DNA from: Desulfosudaceae bacterium
GTDB lineage: Bacteria > Desulfobacterota > Desulfobacteria > Desulfobacterales > Desulfosudaceae
Length of the DNA stretch: 64,000 nucleotides
Direction of reading: 5' to 3'
Assembly (NCBI GenBank): GCA_963674745.2
Contig: CAXXDV010000001.1
Location: forward strand, 608,001-672,000
In this document: piece after piece, positions 21,613-33,289 of the stretch
Layout of the letters: each line of letters starts with the position of its first letter
Position numbering within the stretch: the first letter of the stretch is position 1
Position numbers and translations under genes: made by a program
The notes under the pieces: model-generated
Told to the model about the DNA's origin: nothing
Databases searched by the model: none
What the model saw: the letters and a program-made list of their open reading frames with translations, nothing else

Positions 21613-22923
21613 CTATTTGATTAAATACTCATCGTCGGGACGATTCTGCAAAAACACCTTTAGATAGTTCTGCGTTTCAGCCTCATCGTACCACTGCCGG
21701 CCGGTCTGCCGGCACTTTTCGCAGGCATGCAGGGGTATATGAACGGCCAGTATACGTGAACCTCTGTCCGAAGTGGAATCTATCCGCAAGGCACCGGCAC
21801 AATCGGAGCAGATGCGGATGGTCTCCTGCTGGGTTTCATATATACCGTCGGTATCATAATAAATACGATTCTTACGTTCTTCAAACGTCTTTCCTGCCTG
21901 CCGCTTTTCAGTCAGCTCATGACGTTTTTCCCAGATATTCAAGGCTGTTTCCCCGATCCGCTCGACATGGCGGGTAACCTGTTCGGTCTGCCTGATTTTA
22001 TCCGGGTCATATCCCGGTTCGGTTATCTTGCTGTAATCCAGACCGGCCATGGCCAGAATAATGCCGACATTCACATACGGCAGGGCGCCTTCTATGGAAT
22101 AGCCTCCTTCCAGGACGGCGATATCCGGTTTCAACAATTCCGTCAACCGGGCATACCCCTGGGCGGAAAAATTCATATCCGTCAGGGGGTCGGTATAATG
22201 GTTATCCTGTCCGGCCGAATTGACAATAATATCCGGTTTAAATTCCGCCAGAACCGGCAGGACGACATTTTCGATTATATAAATGAAGCCTTCTTCAGAC
22301 GTCCGGGGCGGCAGAGGGATGTTCAGGGTTGTGCCGACGGCGTTGGGGCCACCCATTTCTTCCGGAAAGCCGGTTCCGGGATAAAGTGTCCGGCCATCCT
22401 GATGCATGGAAACAAACAGGGTATCCGGATCATGCCAGTAAATATCCTGGGTGCCGTCACCGTGATGACAATCCGTGTCCACAATGGCCACTTTTCGGAC
22501 ACCGTAGGTGGTACGCAGGTATTCAATCATCATGGCTTCGATATTGACATTACAAAAACCTCGGGCACCGTGAACCACCCGCTTGGCATGATGCCCGGGC
22601 GGGCGGACCAGGGCGAAACCGCTTTCCACCTCTTTTTCCATGACCGCAATGCCGATACGCTTGGCGCTGCCGGCGCTGATAAAATGTGATTCGGTCATTA
22701 CCGTCGAGACATCCGGTACGCAGAAATGTGTTCTTTGGACATCCGCTTCTTCAACCAGTTGCGACTTGAACTCAATCAGCCCCTCGATGTCGAACAGGCC
22801 CTCTTCCATGGCCTGATCCTGGGTGTAAAGAAGACGTTCTTCCCGCTCCGGATGGGTGGGATCAATGGCCCAGTCAAAGGCCGGAAAAAAAACAAGACCT
22901 GTTTTCCGTCTGGCTTTAAGCAT
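21613..22923 (-). CDS. Histone deacetylase-family (Zn-dependent) protein
   Basis: HPE, RPPGHHA, GFC, DTDCHHGDGTQ, SAGQD and VLEGGY. Confidence 0.9.
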   Translation of the reverse strand: MLKARRKTGLVFFPAFDWAIDPTHPEREERLLYTQDQAMEEGLFDIEGLIEFKSQLVEEADVQRTHFCVPDVSTVMTESHFISAGSAKRIGIAVMEKEVESGFALVRPPGHHAKRVVHGARGFCNVNIEAMMIEYLRTTYGVRKVAIVDTDCHHGDGTQDIYWHDPDTLFVSMHQDGRTLYPGTGFPEEMGGPNAVGTTLNIPLPPRTSEEGFIYIIENVVLPVLAEFKPDIIVNSAGQDNHYTDPLTDMNFSAQGYARLTELLKPDIAVLEGGYSIEGALPYVNVGIILAMAGLDYSKITEPGYDPDKIRQTEQVTRHVERIGETALNIWEKRHELTEKRQAGKTFEERKNRIYYDTDGIYETQQETIRICSDCAGALRIDSTSDRGSRILAVHIPLHACEKCRQTGRQWYDEAETQNYLKVFLQNRPDDEYLIK

Positions 22924-24632
22924 TATTTGGGTGCTCCTATAATGGTCAAATCGCTGCACAGCTTATCGGCGATCACCTGGTAGCCGCTGATCAGCCCCGG
23001 CCTGACCTGAGCCTTGATGCGAATATTTCTGCCTGCCGCGGAAAAGCCCCGCACCATGTTGAACTGCTGGTTTTCCAGGATATCCATTTCCAGATCATCT
23101 CTGGACGCACCGCTTTTTCTGGCTTTACGCTTCAGCAGTTCCAGGGCTTTTTGCTGGGCATCATCCCGGGTAAAAGAGCTGCCGATTCTTTCAAAAAAGT
23201 TTTCCTCCGGAGCCGTCAGAATGCCCCGCTGTGTATCGGCGAACAGGGAGACTTCACAGGTGGTTCTGGCAAAAGCAGCGCCCAGGGCATTGGCTACGGC
23301 ACATTTGGGCACCGCTTCCGTTTTAATATTAGAGACCTTTTCGATCTGTGGCGCAAAAAATGCGGCCGGGCCGCCCAGCACCAGTATCTTGTCGGGCTTG
23401 ACCTGATGTCCTTCCCAGTATTCATAGACCGTATAAACCGGTTTGCTGTTGATGTCATCGACAAGCGCCCGGGCATGCCCGACAACCTCCCTGCAGAACT
23501 GCTCATACACCGCCTGAGCCGTTTCAGTTACGGATCGGCCCAGTTTTTCCGCCAGTATTCTCATGCCCTCTTCTGCTTTGACCGCGTCACCGTCCGTCAT
23601 TAACTTAAGAACGCAGAGCGCGTCCGTCGGTGTCGGCGCAGGGCCGCCGAAAGCCATGGCCCGCCCCCGCCGTTCGGGGCCGATGGTAATCCGGTCGTTC
23701 ACAATTTTAACAACACTGTCTCCACCCAGGCCGACGGAGGACGTTTTTAAAGCCCGGATCAGGGTTTTAAAGCCGGCGATTTCGATACCCAGTCCTTCTA
23801 ACACGGGCACCTTGTTTAAAATCACCGCCATGTCCGTGGTGGTACCGCCGATGTCCAGCACCAGGGTTTCTTCCTGCGCTTCTGAAAACGGAATGGCACC
23901 CATGACACTGGCCGCCGGTCCGGATAAAATCGTTTGTCCCGGATAATTAATAGACGACTCGAAATTCATGGTACCGCCATCGGCTTTGAGAATATGGATC
24001 GGCACCTGCAGCCCCTGCTTTTCCAGCGTTTTCTGGACCGCCTCAAAAAATTTCTTGTGAATGGGATAAACAGAAGCGTTTAGAAAAGTGGTTGCAATAC
24101 GACGCGGAAAATTCAGACTGCCGGAAATCCAGTGCCCCAGAAACACTTTTTGAAACGATTTTCTAATCGCGTCCCGGACCTGCTGTTCGTGTATCGGGTT
24201 GCGGGCGGAAAATTTACCGACCACGCCGACATGCCTGATATCGGCCTTTTTCAACTGTTTGACGACTTTTTTCAAACCGGCGAAATCCACCGGCACAATT
24301 TCCCGGCCCCGGTGGTCCAGCGCGCCACCGACCACATAGTAATGTTCATGGGTTCTGAAAAATTCGGGATCGATACCGGGACCGCTCAGGACGATCATGC
24401 CGAAATCCGGATTGATGCCCTGAACAATCAGGTTGGTGGTCAAGGTTGTGCTGAGAACGATTCTTTCGATGGCTTTCGGCTTGATACCTTTTGATATCTC
24501 CTCGATTCCGGAAAGCACCGTGTGAAAAAGATCCAATTCATCCGTGAAAACCTTTATCTCCCGCAGAAGGCCCTCTTTATCCAGAAGAACAACATCCGTA
24601 TGGGTTCCGCCGACATCCAGCCCGATAATCAT
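22923..24632 (-). CDS. Hydantoinase/oxoprolinase family protein
   Basis: GLDVGGTHTD, ILSGPAAS, DIGGTTTD, GLGGDS, PTPTDA and ANALGAA. Confidence 0.88.
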   Translation of the reverse strand: MIIGLDVGGTHTDVVLLDKEGLLREIKVFTDELDLFHTVLSGIEEISKGIKPKAIERIVLSTTLTTNLIVQGINPDFGMIVLSGPGIDPEFFRTHEHYYVVGGALDHRGREIVPVDFAGLKKVVKQLKKADIRHVGVVGKFSARNPIHEQQVRDAIRKSFQKVFLGHWISGSLNFPRRIATTFLNASVYPIHKKFFEAVQKTLEKQGLQVPIHILKADGGTMNFESSINYPGQTILSGPAASVMGAIPFSEAQEETLVLDIGGTTTDMAVILNKVPVLEGLGIEIAGFKTLIRALKTSSVGLGGDSVVKIVNDRITIGPERRGRAMAFGGPAPTPTDALCVLKLMTDGDAVKAEEGMRILAEKLGRSVTETAQAVYEQFCREVVGHARALVDDINSKPVYTVYEYWEGHQVKPDKILVLGGPAAFFAPQIEKVSNIKTEAVPKCAVANALGAAFARTTCEVSLFADTQRGILTAPEENFFERIGSSFTRDDAQQKALELLKRKARKSGASRDDLEMDILENQQFNMVRGFSAAGRNIRIKAQVRPGLISGYQVIADKLCSDLTIIGAPK

Positions 24633-24738
24633 ACACCGGATCCTTAATTATAATTAACAATTCGGAAAGGTATTTTAACGGAAACAGCTACTGATTTGCA
24701 AATTAAAAATTTGAAGCGGCCTTCAGGCACGGCCAGTA

Positions 24739-25527
24739 TCAAACCGCCCGCTCTCTGGCAATCAGGGCGGCGCCCAGCGCGCCGACGATATCCGGCTGCT
24801 CCGGGACCCGAATATCCGTCCCCAGAATGGCGGCCAGTTCCCTGACCACACCGGGGTTGCGGGCGACTCCGCCGGACATGGCAGTCGGAAAATCCGCTAA
24901 ATTATCCTGGGCGACACGCCTGACCATGGATATGGTCCGTGAAGCAATCGCGCGGTGCAGTCCCCGGGCGATTTCCGGAACCGCCACGCCATTGGCAATC
25001 AGCGAAACAACTTCGCTTTCCGCGAAAACCGTACACATACTGCTCAAAGTGAGGTTCTCCCGGGCATCGGCATCAAGATGCCCGAGTTCGTCAATATCCA
25101 CCTCCAGCGCCCTGGCCATGGCTTCCAGAAACCGGCCGGTACCTGCAGCGCACTTGTCGTTCATGGCGAAATCCACCACCCGCCCGTTTTCACCCAGCCG
25201 GATGGTCTTGCTGTCCTGGCCGCCGATATCAATCAGCAGCCGGGTCTCAGGGAAAAGGTGGGTAATCCCCCTGGCATGGCAGGTAATCTCCGTAACCGCG
25301 GCCAGTTTTTCCTCCACCCTGTTTCTGCCGTAGCCGGTGGACACAGTGGCCCGGATGTCCTGGTCCGTAATTCCGGCCTGACTCAAAATATCGGCCTTGA
25401 CCCGCTGTATGGCTTCAATATTACGGGCGCCCGTCGGTACCACCGACGAAGCGCAGATGTCCAGATCATCATTAATGATAACACCGTCACAGGACAGACT
25501 GCCAATATCGATACCGATATAAAACAT
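24739..25527 (-). CDS. Acyl-CoA dehydratase activase (HgdC/BcrAD-BadFG ATPase family)
   Basis: GIDIGS, STGYGR, DIGGQDSK, MNDKCAAGTGRF and CTVFAESE. Confidence 0.92.
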   Translation of the reverse strand: MFYIGIDIGSLSCDGVIINDDLDICASSVVPTGARNIEAIQRVKADILSQAGITDQDIRATVSTGYGRNRVEEKLAAVTEITCHARGITHLFPETRLLIDIGGQDSKTIRLGENGRVVDFAMNDKCAAGTGRFLEAMARALEVDIDELGHLDADARENLTLSSMCTVFAESEVVSLIANGVAVPEIARGLHRAIASRTISMVRRVAQDNLADFPTAMSGGVARNPGVVRELAAILGTDIRVPEQPDIVGALGAALIARERAV

Positions 25528-25699
25528 TTTCTATAACATTGTATTTAGTTGAAATTTATGATTGAATACCTCTAAATGGTCACCGGCGCCCGGCGGGCGA
25601 TACTTACTTTTTCGTACACTATCAGCCGGGCACCGATCTGTGTCAAGGAAAATAAGCCGGCCCCTTGCCGCATGGGTTGCCGGAAAGGCTGGAAAAATA

Positions 25700-26566
25700 T
25701 TGCGTTTTTATAAATACCACGGCCTGGGAAACGATTACCTGGTCATCCATCCGGACGAGCTGGCCGGGCCGATGACGGAACATCAGATCCGTGCACTGTG
25801 TGACCGGCATTACGGTCTCGGCTCAGACGGTATTCTGCTGGGGCCTTCTGAGTCTGCCGACCGCTGTTTCGGTCTGCGGATTTTCAACCCGGACGGCAGC
25901 GAGGCGGAAAAAAGCGGCAACGGGCTCAGAATCTTCGCCCGCTTTTTATGGGAACGACAGTATGTCGACCATTCGCCCTTCACCATCAAAACTACCGGCA
26001 GCAGTGCCCAAGCCACGGTACATCCCGGCGGCAATCCCGTATCCGTGGACATGGGCCGCGTCAGCTTCCAGGCGGCGGATATCCCGGTCAGGGGTGAAAC
26101 GGGTGATGTTCTGGATAAAACCAAAATCGTGGCCGATCGGATCATTCGGTTTTGCGCCGCCACCATCGGCAACCCTCACTGCATTGTCCTGTGCGACGAT
26201 ATTTCGAGGGAACTGGCTGTCAGCACAGGTCCTCTCCTGGAAACCGATGATATATTTCCTGACCGGGCCAATGTTCAATTTCTAAAAACCATAGATCGTC
26301 ACAATATCGCCATCGAGGTCTGGGAAAGGGGCGCCGGGTATACCCTGGCCTGCGGCAGTGCCGCCAGCGTGGGGGCGGCGACCGCTCACAGACTCGGCCT
26401 GTGCGACGAAAAAGTCACTGCCCATATGCCCGGAGGCAGGCTTGACATCACCGTCAATAAGGATTATTCAGTAAATTTAACCGGGCCGGTGACAAAAGTA
26501 GCGGAAGGCATTGTTTTTCCGGAACTGTTTGATTTTTTTAACAGCACGGTAAACGGACCGGCATGA
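25700..26566 (+). CDS. dapF: Diaminopimelate epimerase (Ser in place of the first catalytic Cys)
   Basis: KYHGLGNDY, CDRHYGLGSDG, NPDGSEAEKSGNG, GNPH, ERGAGYTLACGS and MPGG; start placed at TTG 25700. Confidence 0.88.
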   Translation: MRFYKYHGLGNDYLVIHPDELAGPMTEHQIRALCDRHYGLGSDGILLGPSESADRCFGLRIFNPDGSEAEKSGNGLRIFARFLWERQYVDHSPFTIKTTGSSAQATVHPGGNPVSVDMGRVSFQAADIPVRGETGDVLDKTKIVADRIIRFCAATIGNPHCIVLCDDISRELAVSTGPLLETDDIFPDRANVQFLKTIDRHNIAIEVWERGAGYTLACGSAASVGAATAHRLGLCDEKVTAHMPGGRLDITVNKDYSVNLTGPVTKVAEGIVFPELFDFFNSTVNGPA

Positions 26567-26614
26567 TTTTTACACATCCGGAGCAAAGCGCAAAAACACT
26601 TAAATTAATCTTTA

Positions 26615-26683
26615 GGGTGTCTCTGAAAATTAGCATTTTGCTTCTTGTTAGAGATGACCGACAGTGAAAAATGAGGAGATACC
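26615..26683. repeat. Short relative of the 10007-10148 inverted-repeat element
   Basis: GGGTGTCTCTGAAAATTAGCATTTTGCTTC matches the reverse complement of that element's right end at 26/30 positions; it closes with GAGATACCC. Confidence 0.55.
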
Positions 26684-26692
26684 CCAGACATT

Positions 26693-27983
<1,291 letters not shown>

Positions 27984-27991
<8 letters not shown>

Positions 27992-28511
27992 GTCGTTCGG
28001 CGGTAATATACTGTTTTTAGATAGAGATGACATTAATACAGATGAGATCATTCCGGCCAAATACCTGACCGAAGTGGACAAACAGGCCCTGGCCCCTCAT
28101 CTTTTCGAGGACCTTGCCCTGGAGGGATTCAACCCCGAAGCGGATATCCGGGACAAAACCGCGGTCGTCACCCGGGCCAATTTCGGCTGTGGCTCTTCCC
28201 GGGAACATGCCCCCTGGGCGCTTGAAGTAAATCATATCCACCTCGTAATCGCCTCCGGGTTCTCACGGATATTCCGGCAGAACATGTTCAATTGCGGCAT
28301 GCTGGCCGTCCAGCTGGCGCCTGAAACCATCGATCAGATATTTGAAACGTTTTCCGGCCGGGACACCACGGTTGATGTTGACATGGAGAATGCCGCCCTG
28401 ACCTTCGCCTCCGGCAGCCTGCAAGAATCAATTCCTTTTGAACTGGCAGGATTTGACCGGGCACTCATCGATGCCGGCGGCTGGGTTGAATACGCAGATG
28501 CCAGGTATTAA
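27984..28511 (+). CDS. leuD: 3-isopropylmalate dehydratase small subunit
   Basis: DINTDEIIPAKYL, NFGCGSSREHAPWAL and FSRIFRQN; start overlaps the end of leuC. Confidence 0.9.
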
Positions 28512-28555
28512 TGATAAGAATTTTTTATAACACCTGCACAAACGGGGATTAATCA

Positions 28556-29581
28556 ATGAGGATTGCAACCCGAAAAACTTTTTTGTCGGCCGTTTTTTTT
28601 TACATGATAATGATTGCCGCCATTAGTTTTGCCGGTGAAAAAAAACAGGTCTGGAAAGTGGGCACCCTGACGCCCAAAGGTGTCGGCTGGGCAAAACAGT
28701 TTGAAAAAATCATGCTGCCGGCAATCCATTCCGCTTCCGAAAACAAGCTGGATGTCAGGATCTACTGGGGCGGCATCATGGGGGATGATGAAGATATCAT
28801 CGCCAAAATGCGTGCCGGGCAACTCCAGGCCGCCGGTATCACCGGTCAGGGTGCTGTCATCGCCTGCCCGGAATTCGCGGCCGTGGAACTGCCTTTCCTT
28901 TTTCAGGATTACGCTGAAGTGGACTTTGTCCGGGAAAAACTGACGCCGGAACTGGACCGGTTAATGCAGAAACAGGGATTCAAGCTGCTCCTCTGGCTGG
29001 ACCAGGATTTTGACCAGATTTATTCCGTAAAATGGTCGTTCAACGATGTGGCGGATTTTAAAAAAGCCAAAATCATGACCTGGTACGGCCCCCTTGAAGA
29101 GCATCTCCTTAAAAGCCTGGGCGCCAGTCCCATTCCCGTTGATATTCCTGAGCTGGTGCCTTCTTTGCGACAGGGCGTGGCCGACACCCTGATCGCGCCG
29201 GGGTTGTGGATGATCGCCACCCAGCTTTATCCGGCGGTTAAGTATATGGTTCCCATCAAACTCAGATATTCTCCAGCCGTCGTCATTTGCACGCTAGATG
29301 CCTGGAACCGGTTGCCGGAAGAAACGCGCCGGGGGATTACCGCCGTGACCCCGGACATAACACGACGTTTTACAGCGGCCACCCGGAAAGACAACGCCAA
29401 AGCCCTGGTGGCGCTGGAAAAATATGGCATCAAAAGAATTGAGCCCGGTCCGGAGACAATGGCGGTCATCAGAGCGGAAGCCATCAAAATCTGGGAAGAA
29501 CAGGCGGACCTGCTTTTTCCCCGGGATCTTCTTGAAAAAGTGCTGGCCCTGCTGGATGAATTCAGGAGCTGTCCTCAATGA
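28556..29581 (+). CDS. dctP: TRAP transporter substrate-binding protein (DctP/TatP type)
   Basis: Signal peptide, GTLTPKG..W, GGIMGDD, ELPFLF and LGASP. Confidence 0.88.
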   Translation: MRIATRKTFLSAVFFYMIMIAAISFAGEKKQVWKVGTLTPKGVGWAKQFEKIMLPAIHSASENKLDVRIYWGGIMGDDEDIIAKMRAGQLQAAGITGQGAVIACPEFAAVELPFLFQDYAEVDFVREKLTPELDRLMQKQGFKLLLWLDQDFDQIYSVKWSFNDVADFKKAKIMTWYGPLEEHLLKSLGASPIPVDIPELVPSLRQGVADTLIAPGLWMIATQLYPAVKYMVPIKLRYSPAVVICTLDAWNRLPEETRRGITAVTPDITRRFTAATRKDNAKALVALEKYGIKRIEPGPETMAVIRAEAIKIWEEQADLLFPRDLLEKVLALLDEFRSCPQ

Positions 29582-30120
29582 CACCCGTGCTTGACCGCCT
29601 GGGAACTTTTTTTTCAACCGTCCACCGACTGCTCATCAGCTGCGAAAAAACCGTTCTGGTACTGCTGCTGGGCTCAATGATCCTGCTGTCTTTTTCTCAA
29701 GTGGTAATGAGAAATTTTTTCTCGTTCGGATTTATCTGGATCAGCGATGTACTGCGCGCGGAAGTCATCTGGGTCACCTTTATCGGAGCCGCCCTGGCAA
29801 CCGAGCAGAAACGGCATATCCGGATCGACATTCTTTCCCGGCTCGTTAAAAAGAAGTCTAATATCAGAATTTTTGATTTTGGGGCCGATCTTTTTACCGC
29901 TTGTGTCAGCGCCCTGCTTTTTGTGGCCGCGGTGCAGTACATCGTGCTGATGAAACCGTATTCCACGGATGTCCTGATTTTAGGTATAGAAGAGTGGATG
30001 ATCCGGCTCGTGATTCCTTACGCTTTTGCCGCCATGACGGTTCGCTGCAGCATGTTCGTCCTGCGCTTTCTGACGGGAAAACCCAGATCGGATGAAACAC
30101 AACCGGAAGCCGGCGGATAA
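29578..30120 (+). CDS. dctQ: TRAP transporter small permease
   Basis: Four TM helices; QVVMR and FIGAALA...HIRIDI. Confidence 0.88.
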   Translation: MTPVLDRLGTFFSTVHRLLISCEKTVLVLLLGSMILLSFSQVVMRNFFSFGFIWISDVLRAEVIWVTFIGAALATEQKRHIRIDILSRLVKKKSNIRIFDFGADLFTACVSALLFVAAVQYIVLMKPYSTDVLILGIEEWMIRLVIPYAFAAMTVRCSMFVLRFLTGKPRSDETQPEAGG

Positions 30121-30124
30121 TATT

Positions 30125-31432
30125 ATGGGCATGCTGACCGCAACCGTTCTGATTGTTGTTTTTCTCGCCGCTATCCTGATGGGCGCGCCCCTGTTTGCCA
30201 TCATCGGTGGCGGGGCTCTGGTTTTATTCCACCTGGTGGCAGGAGAAAGTCTGGTCGTACCGATTATTGAGATGTGGCGCCTGGCCAACGCGCCGGGGTT
30301 TGTGGCCATCCCCCTGTTTATTTTCGCCGGATATCTGTTTGCCGAAAGCAATGCCTCATCCCGTTTAATCCGGGTATCCGATGCCCTGATCGGATGGCTT
30401 CCCGGCGGCCTGGCCATTGTGACCGTCGTTGTCTGCACGATTTTCACGGCCATCACCGGTGCCAGCGGTATTACCATTATCGCCGTGGGAGGCATTTTAA
30501 TGCCGGCCCTGGTGTCCAACGAATACGGCCAGCGGTTCTCACTCGGCTTGATCACCGCTTCCGGCAGTTCGGGTGTGCTGTTTTTACCCAGCCTGCCCAT
30601 CCTGATTTACGGCATGGTCGCCAATGTCGATATTACCGAGCTGTTTATCGCCGGCATCATTCCCGGACTGCTGATTATCGCCCTGCTGTCCGCTTTTGGC
30701 ATATTCAGCGGCATCAAAAACAAGGTCCCGACCACGCCTTTCTCCATTAAAAATCTGGCCGAAAGCCTCTGGGAGATCAAATGGATTCTGCCCCTGCCGG
30801 TGGTCGTCATCGGCGGTATATACTCCGGCGTCATCACCGTCGGGGAAGCGGCTTCGGTTACGGCGGTCTATGCGCTGACGACAGAGTGCCTGGTTTACCG
30901 GGAAATCCCCCTGGACAAACTGATCCGACTGGCCATCCACAGCATGATCATGGTCAGCTCGATTCTGATTGTCCTGGCCGCGGCCCTCGGGCTGACCAAT
31001 TTCCTGGTCGATGTTCAGGTCCCCCAAAAACTGGTGACCGTCATTACCACGCACATCTCCAGCAAGATCGTTTTTTTACTAATTCTCAACGGTTTCCTGT
31101 TAATTGTCGGCTGCCTGATGGACATTTTTTCCGCGATTATTATCGTCGTCCCCTTGATTGCGCCGGTGGCGACACAGTTCGGCCTGGACCCGGTCCACCT
31201 GGGTATTATCTTTCTGGCCAACCTTGAAATCGGCTACCTGACCCCGCCGGTGGGCGTCAACCTGTTCATTTCCAGCCTGCGCTTCAATACGACGATTATC
31301 AGCTTATACAGAGTGGTCCTGCCTTTTCTGATCCTGCTGGTCATCGCCCTGCTGCTGATCACCTATTTCCCTGATCTGTCCTTATGGCTGGTGGAAGCGT
31401 CAGGCAAACGGGTGCCCGTACTTCAATTTTAA
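30125..31432 (+). CDS. dctM: TRAP transporter large permease
   Basis: AIPLFIFAG, PGGLAI, GIIPG, DPVHLGII and IGYLTPPVGVNLF. Confidence 0.92.
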   Translation: MGMLTATVLIVVFLAAILMGAPLFAIIGGGALVLFHLVAGESLVVPIIEMWRLANAPGFVAIPLFIFAGYLFAESNASSRLIRVSDALIGWLPGGLAIVTVVVCTIFTAITGASGITIIAVGGILMPALVSNEYGQRFSLGLITASGSSGVLFLPSLPILIYGMVANVDITELFIAGIIPGLLIIALLSAFGIFSGIKNKVPTTPFSIKNLAESLWEIKWILPLPVVVIGGIYSGVITVGEAASVTAVYALTTECLVYREIPLDKLIRLAIHSMIMVSSILIVLAAALGLTNFLVDVQVPQKLVTVITTHISSKIVFLLILNGFLLIVGCLMDIFSAIIIVVPLIAPVATQFGLDPVHLGIIFLANLEIGYLTPPVGVNLFISSLRFNTTIISLYRVVLPFLILLVIALLLITYFPDLSLWLVEASGKRVPVLQF

Positions 31433-31566
31433 AAAGTTCAACGATCGTGTTAGTTTCTAGTTGGAATCCGGCGGGTTAGTCCACAATTTAACCTGATTCT
31501 TTTGACTTTTGCCGGATCTTTCCCTATACTCTCAAAAAAATCATAAAAACGACTCGAGGGGGGGAG

Positions 31567-32466
31567 ATGAACAAACCCAGGTTCATACTCAAGAAGCGAT
31601 CATGGCTGGCCTTATTATTGCTTTGCCTGTTACTGGCACTGTCCGGTTGTTCGACCATACTTCGACTGCAAGCCGATTTTGTGTCCCCTATGATCAGCAG
31701 GCTGGTGGATGAGGCGGCCAATGCCAAAAGCGCCAGGGCGATCAGGGAAGGCATCGCCGGCAACCTGCTGATGGTCAGCGCCTTCGCTGAGATTTCGCCG
31801 AACAACAATATCCTTCTAGAAAAAACCGCCTACTTGTATTGCGCTTATGGTTTGATGGTGGAAGACACGGAACCGGAATTCGCCTCCGAACTATATGCCA
31901 TTGGAAAAGAATACGGAATTCGTGCATTAAAGCAGAAACGATGCTTTAGAAACGGTCTGGGATACGGCGAGCACATTCCAGAGTTAACCGGTTGCCTGGG
32001 CAGAAGATACAAGAACGCCCTGTTGTGGACCGGCCTCGCCAACGGCCTGTGGATCTTCAGAAACATGGACGACTCGGCCGCACTGATTGAAATTGCCGAC
32101 GCGGTGGCCCTGGTGGAACGCTCTGTTGAGCTGGATGAGGACCACTTCTTTGGCATCGGCAAACTCTTTCTGGGTGCCTATTACGCCCTGATCCCGGATT
32201 TCTTCGGTACTGGCGGCGGAACGGAAGCATCGGCCAAAATGTTCGCTGAAGCCAGGGCGGCTTCAAACGGTCGGCTTCTGCTGGTGGATGTGTTTGAAGC
32301 ACGGTTTCTGGATACGCAGTTAAAAAACCGGGAGGAATACGTTCGCAAGCTGGAATCCGTGCTGGCGGCTGACCCGGATATTTTACCAGAATATAAATCG
32401 TTTACTGCCATCGCCAAACAAAAGGCACGGTTTTTTCTGAATCATATGGACGAATTCTTCATATAA
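31567..32466 (+). CDS. TRAP transporter TatT-family lipoprotein
   Basis: Lipobox LSGC, helical TPR-like body, location next to dctPQM, and C-terminal AIAKQKARFFL pattern. Confidence 0.8.
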   Translation: MNKPRFILKKRSWLALLLLCLLLALSGCSTILRLQADFVSPMISRLVDEAANAKSARAIREGIAGNLLMVSAFAEISPNNNILLEKTAYLYCAYGLMVEDTEPEFASELYAIGKEYGIRALKQKRCFRNGLGYGEHIPELTGCLGRRYKNALLWTGLANGLWIFRNMDDSAALIEIADAVALVERSVELDEDHFFGIGKLFLGAYYALIPDFFGTGGGTEASAKMFAEARAASNGRLLLVDVFEARFLDTQLKNREEYVRKLESVLAADPDILPEYKSFTAIAKQKARFFLNHMDEFFI

Positions 32467-32551
32467 CCCCTAAAAATCCGTTAAATTTTGGCCCTACAGA
32501 ATAATTTACTTGAAACCGCCCAAACAAAGTGATAGGTTTTATCATTTTTAT

Positions 32552-32628
32552 GGTGGGTGTAGCTCAGTTGGTAGAGCATCAGGTTGTGGCCCTGAGGGTC
32601 GTGGGTTCAAGTCCCATCACTCACCCCA
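32552..32628 (+). tRNA. tRNA-His (GTG)
   Basis: G-1 plus GTGGGTG/CACTCAC acceptor stem, TCAGG-TTGTGGC-CCTGA anticodon arm, GGTTCAAGTCC T arm, encoded CCA. Confidence 0.96.
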
Positions 32629-32682
32629 TATCTCCGACAGCAACCGGAGCCTTCTTTGCGAATTGGGCTCCGTTTTCCCTTC

Positions 32683-32759
<77 letters not shown>

Positions 32760-32778
32760 ATAAAATCAATTTAATCTG

Positions 32779-33289
32779 CTATTCAATCTCGGCCTTTATT
32801 GCCGTGATATTTGAAATCGGGCAAACAGAAATTTTCTCTTCAGCAGGATAAGAAGCTGTTCCAGGATAAACGATCCACAGGTGCTCAAGATGAAGATCGT
32901 TTATCGCGATACGCATAGACTTGGTTATTTCAGGGGCTTCTTTTAACTTGAACTCAATACCGTACGTTTTCCCTGTGCATAAAAAAGAGATCAAGTTCCG
33001 CGTTATAATGAGTGGCCAAGAAAAATGCCTGTGTCGGGTTCATTGTCTTTAAAACTTCTTCTAAGGCGAATTCCTCCAAGGATGCACCTACGGACGGATG
33101 TCCCCAGAACGTATGGTAGTCCGGAATATTCAACAGAAAATGGAGAATCCCCGTGGCCCTGAAGTAAACCTCGGGAGATTTTACCTGGCGTTTGCCGATA
33201 TTCCCATGCCACGATTGAAGTTGACGGAGCAAGAATGTACTGGACAGGATATAGAGGTAAGACCGAATGGTTTTGTCCGAGATACCCAT
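32779..33289 (-). pseudogene. Fragmented AAA+ ATPase/DUF4143 gene (C-terminal part only, frameshifted)
   Basis: ...TIRSYLYIL..TFLLRQL.SWHGNIGKRQVKSP.VYF..TGILH...AELDL in one frame continues as GIEFKLKEAP...LWIVYPG in another; the N-terminal ATPase is missing. Confidence 0.8.
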
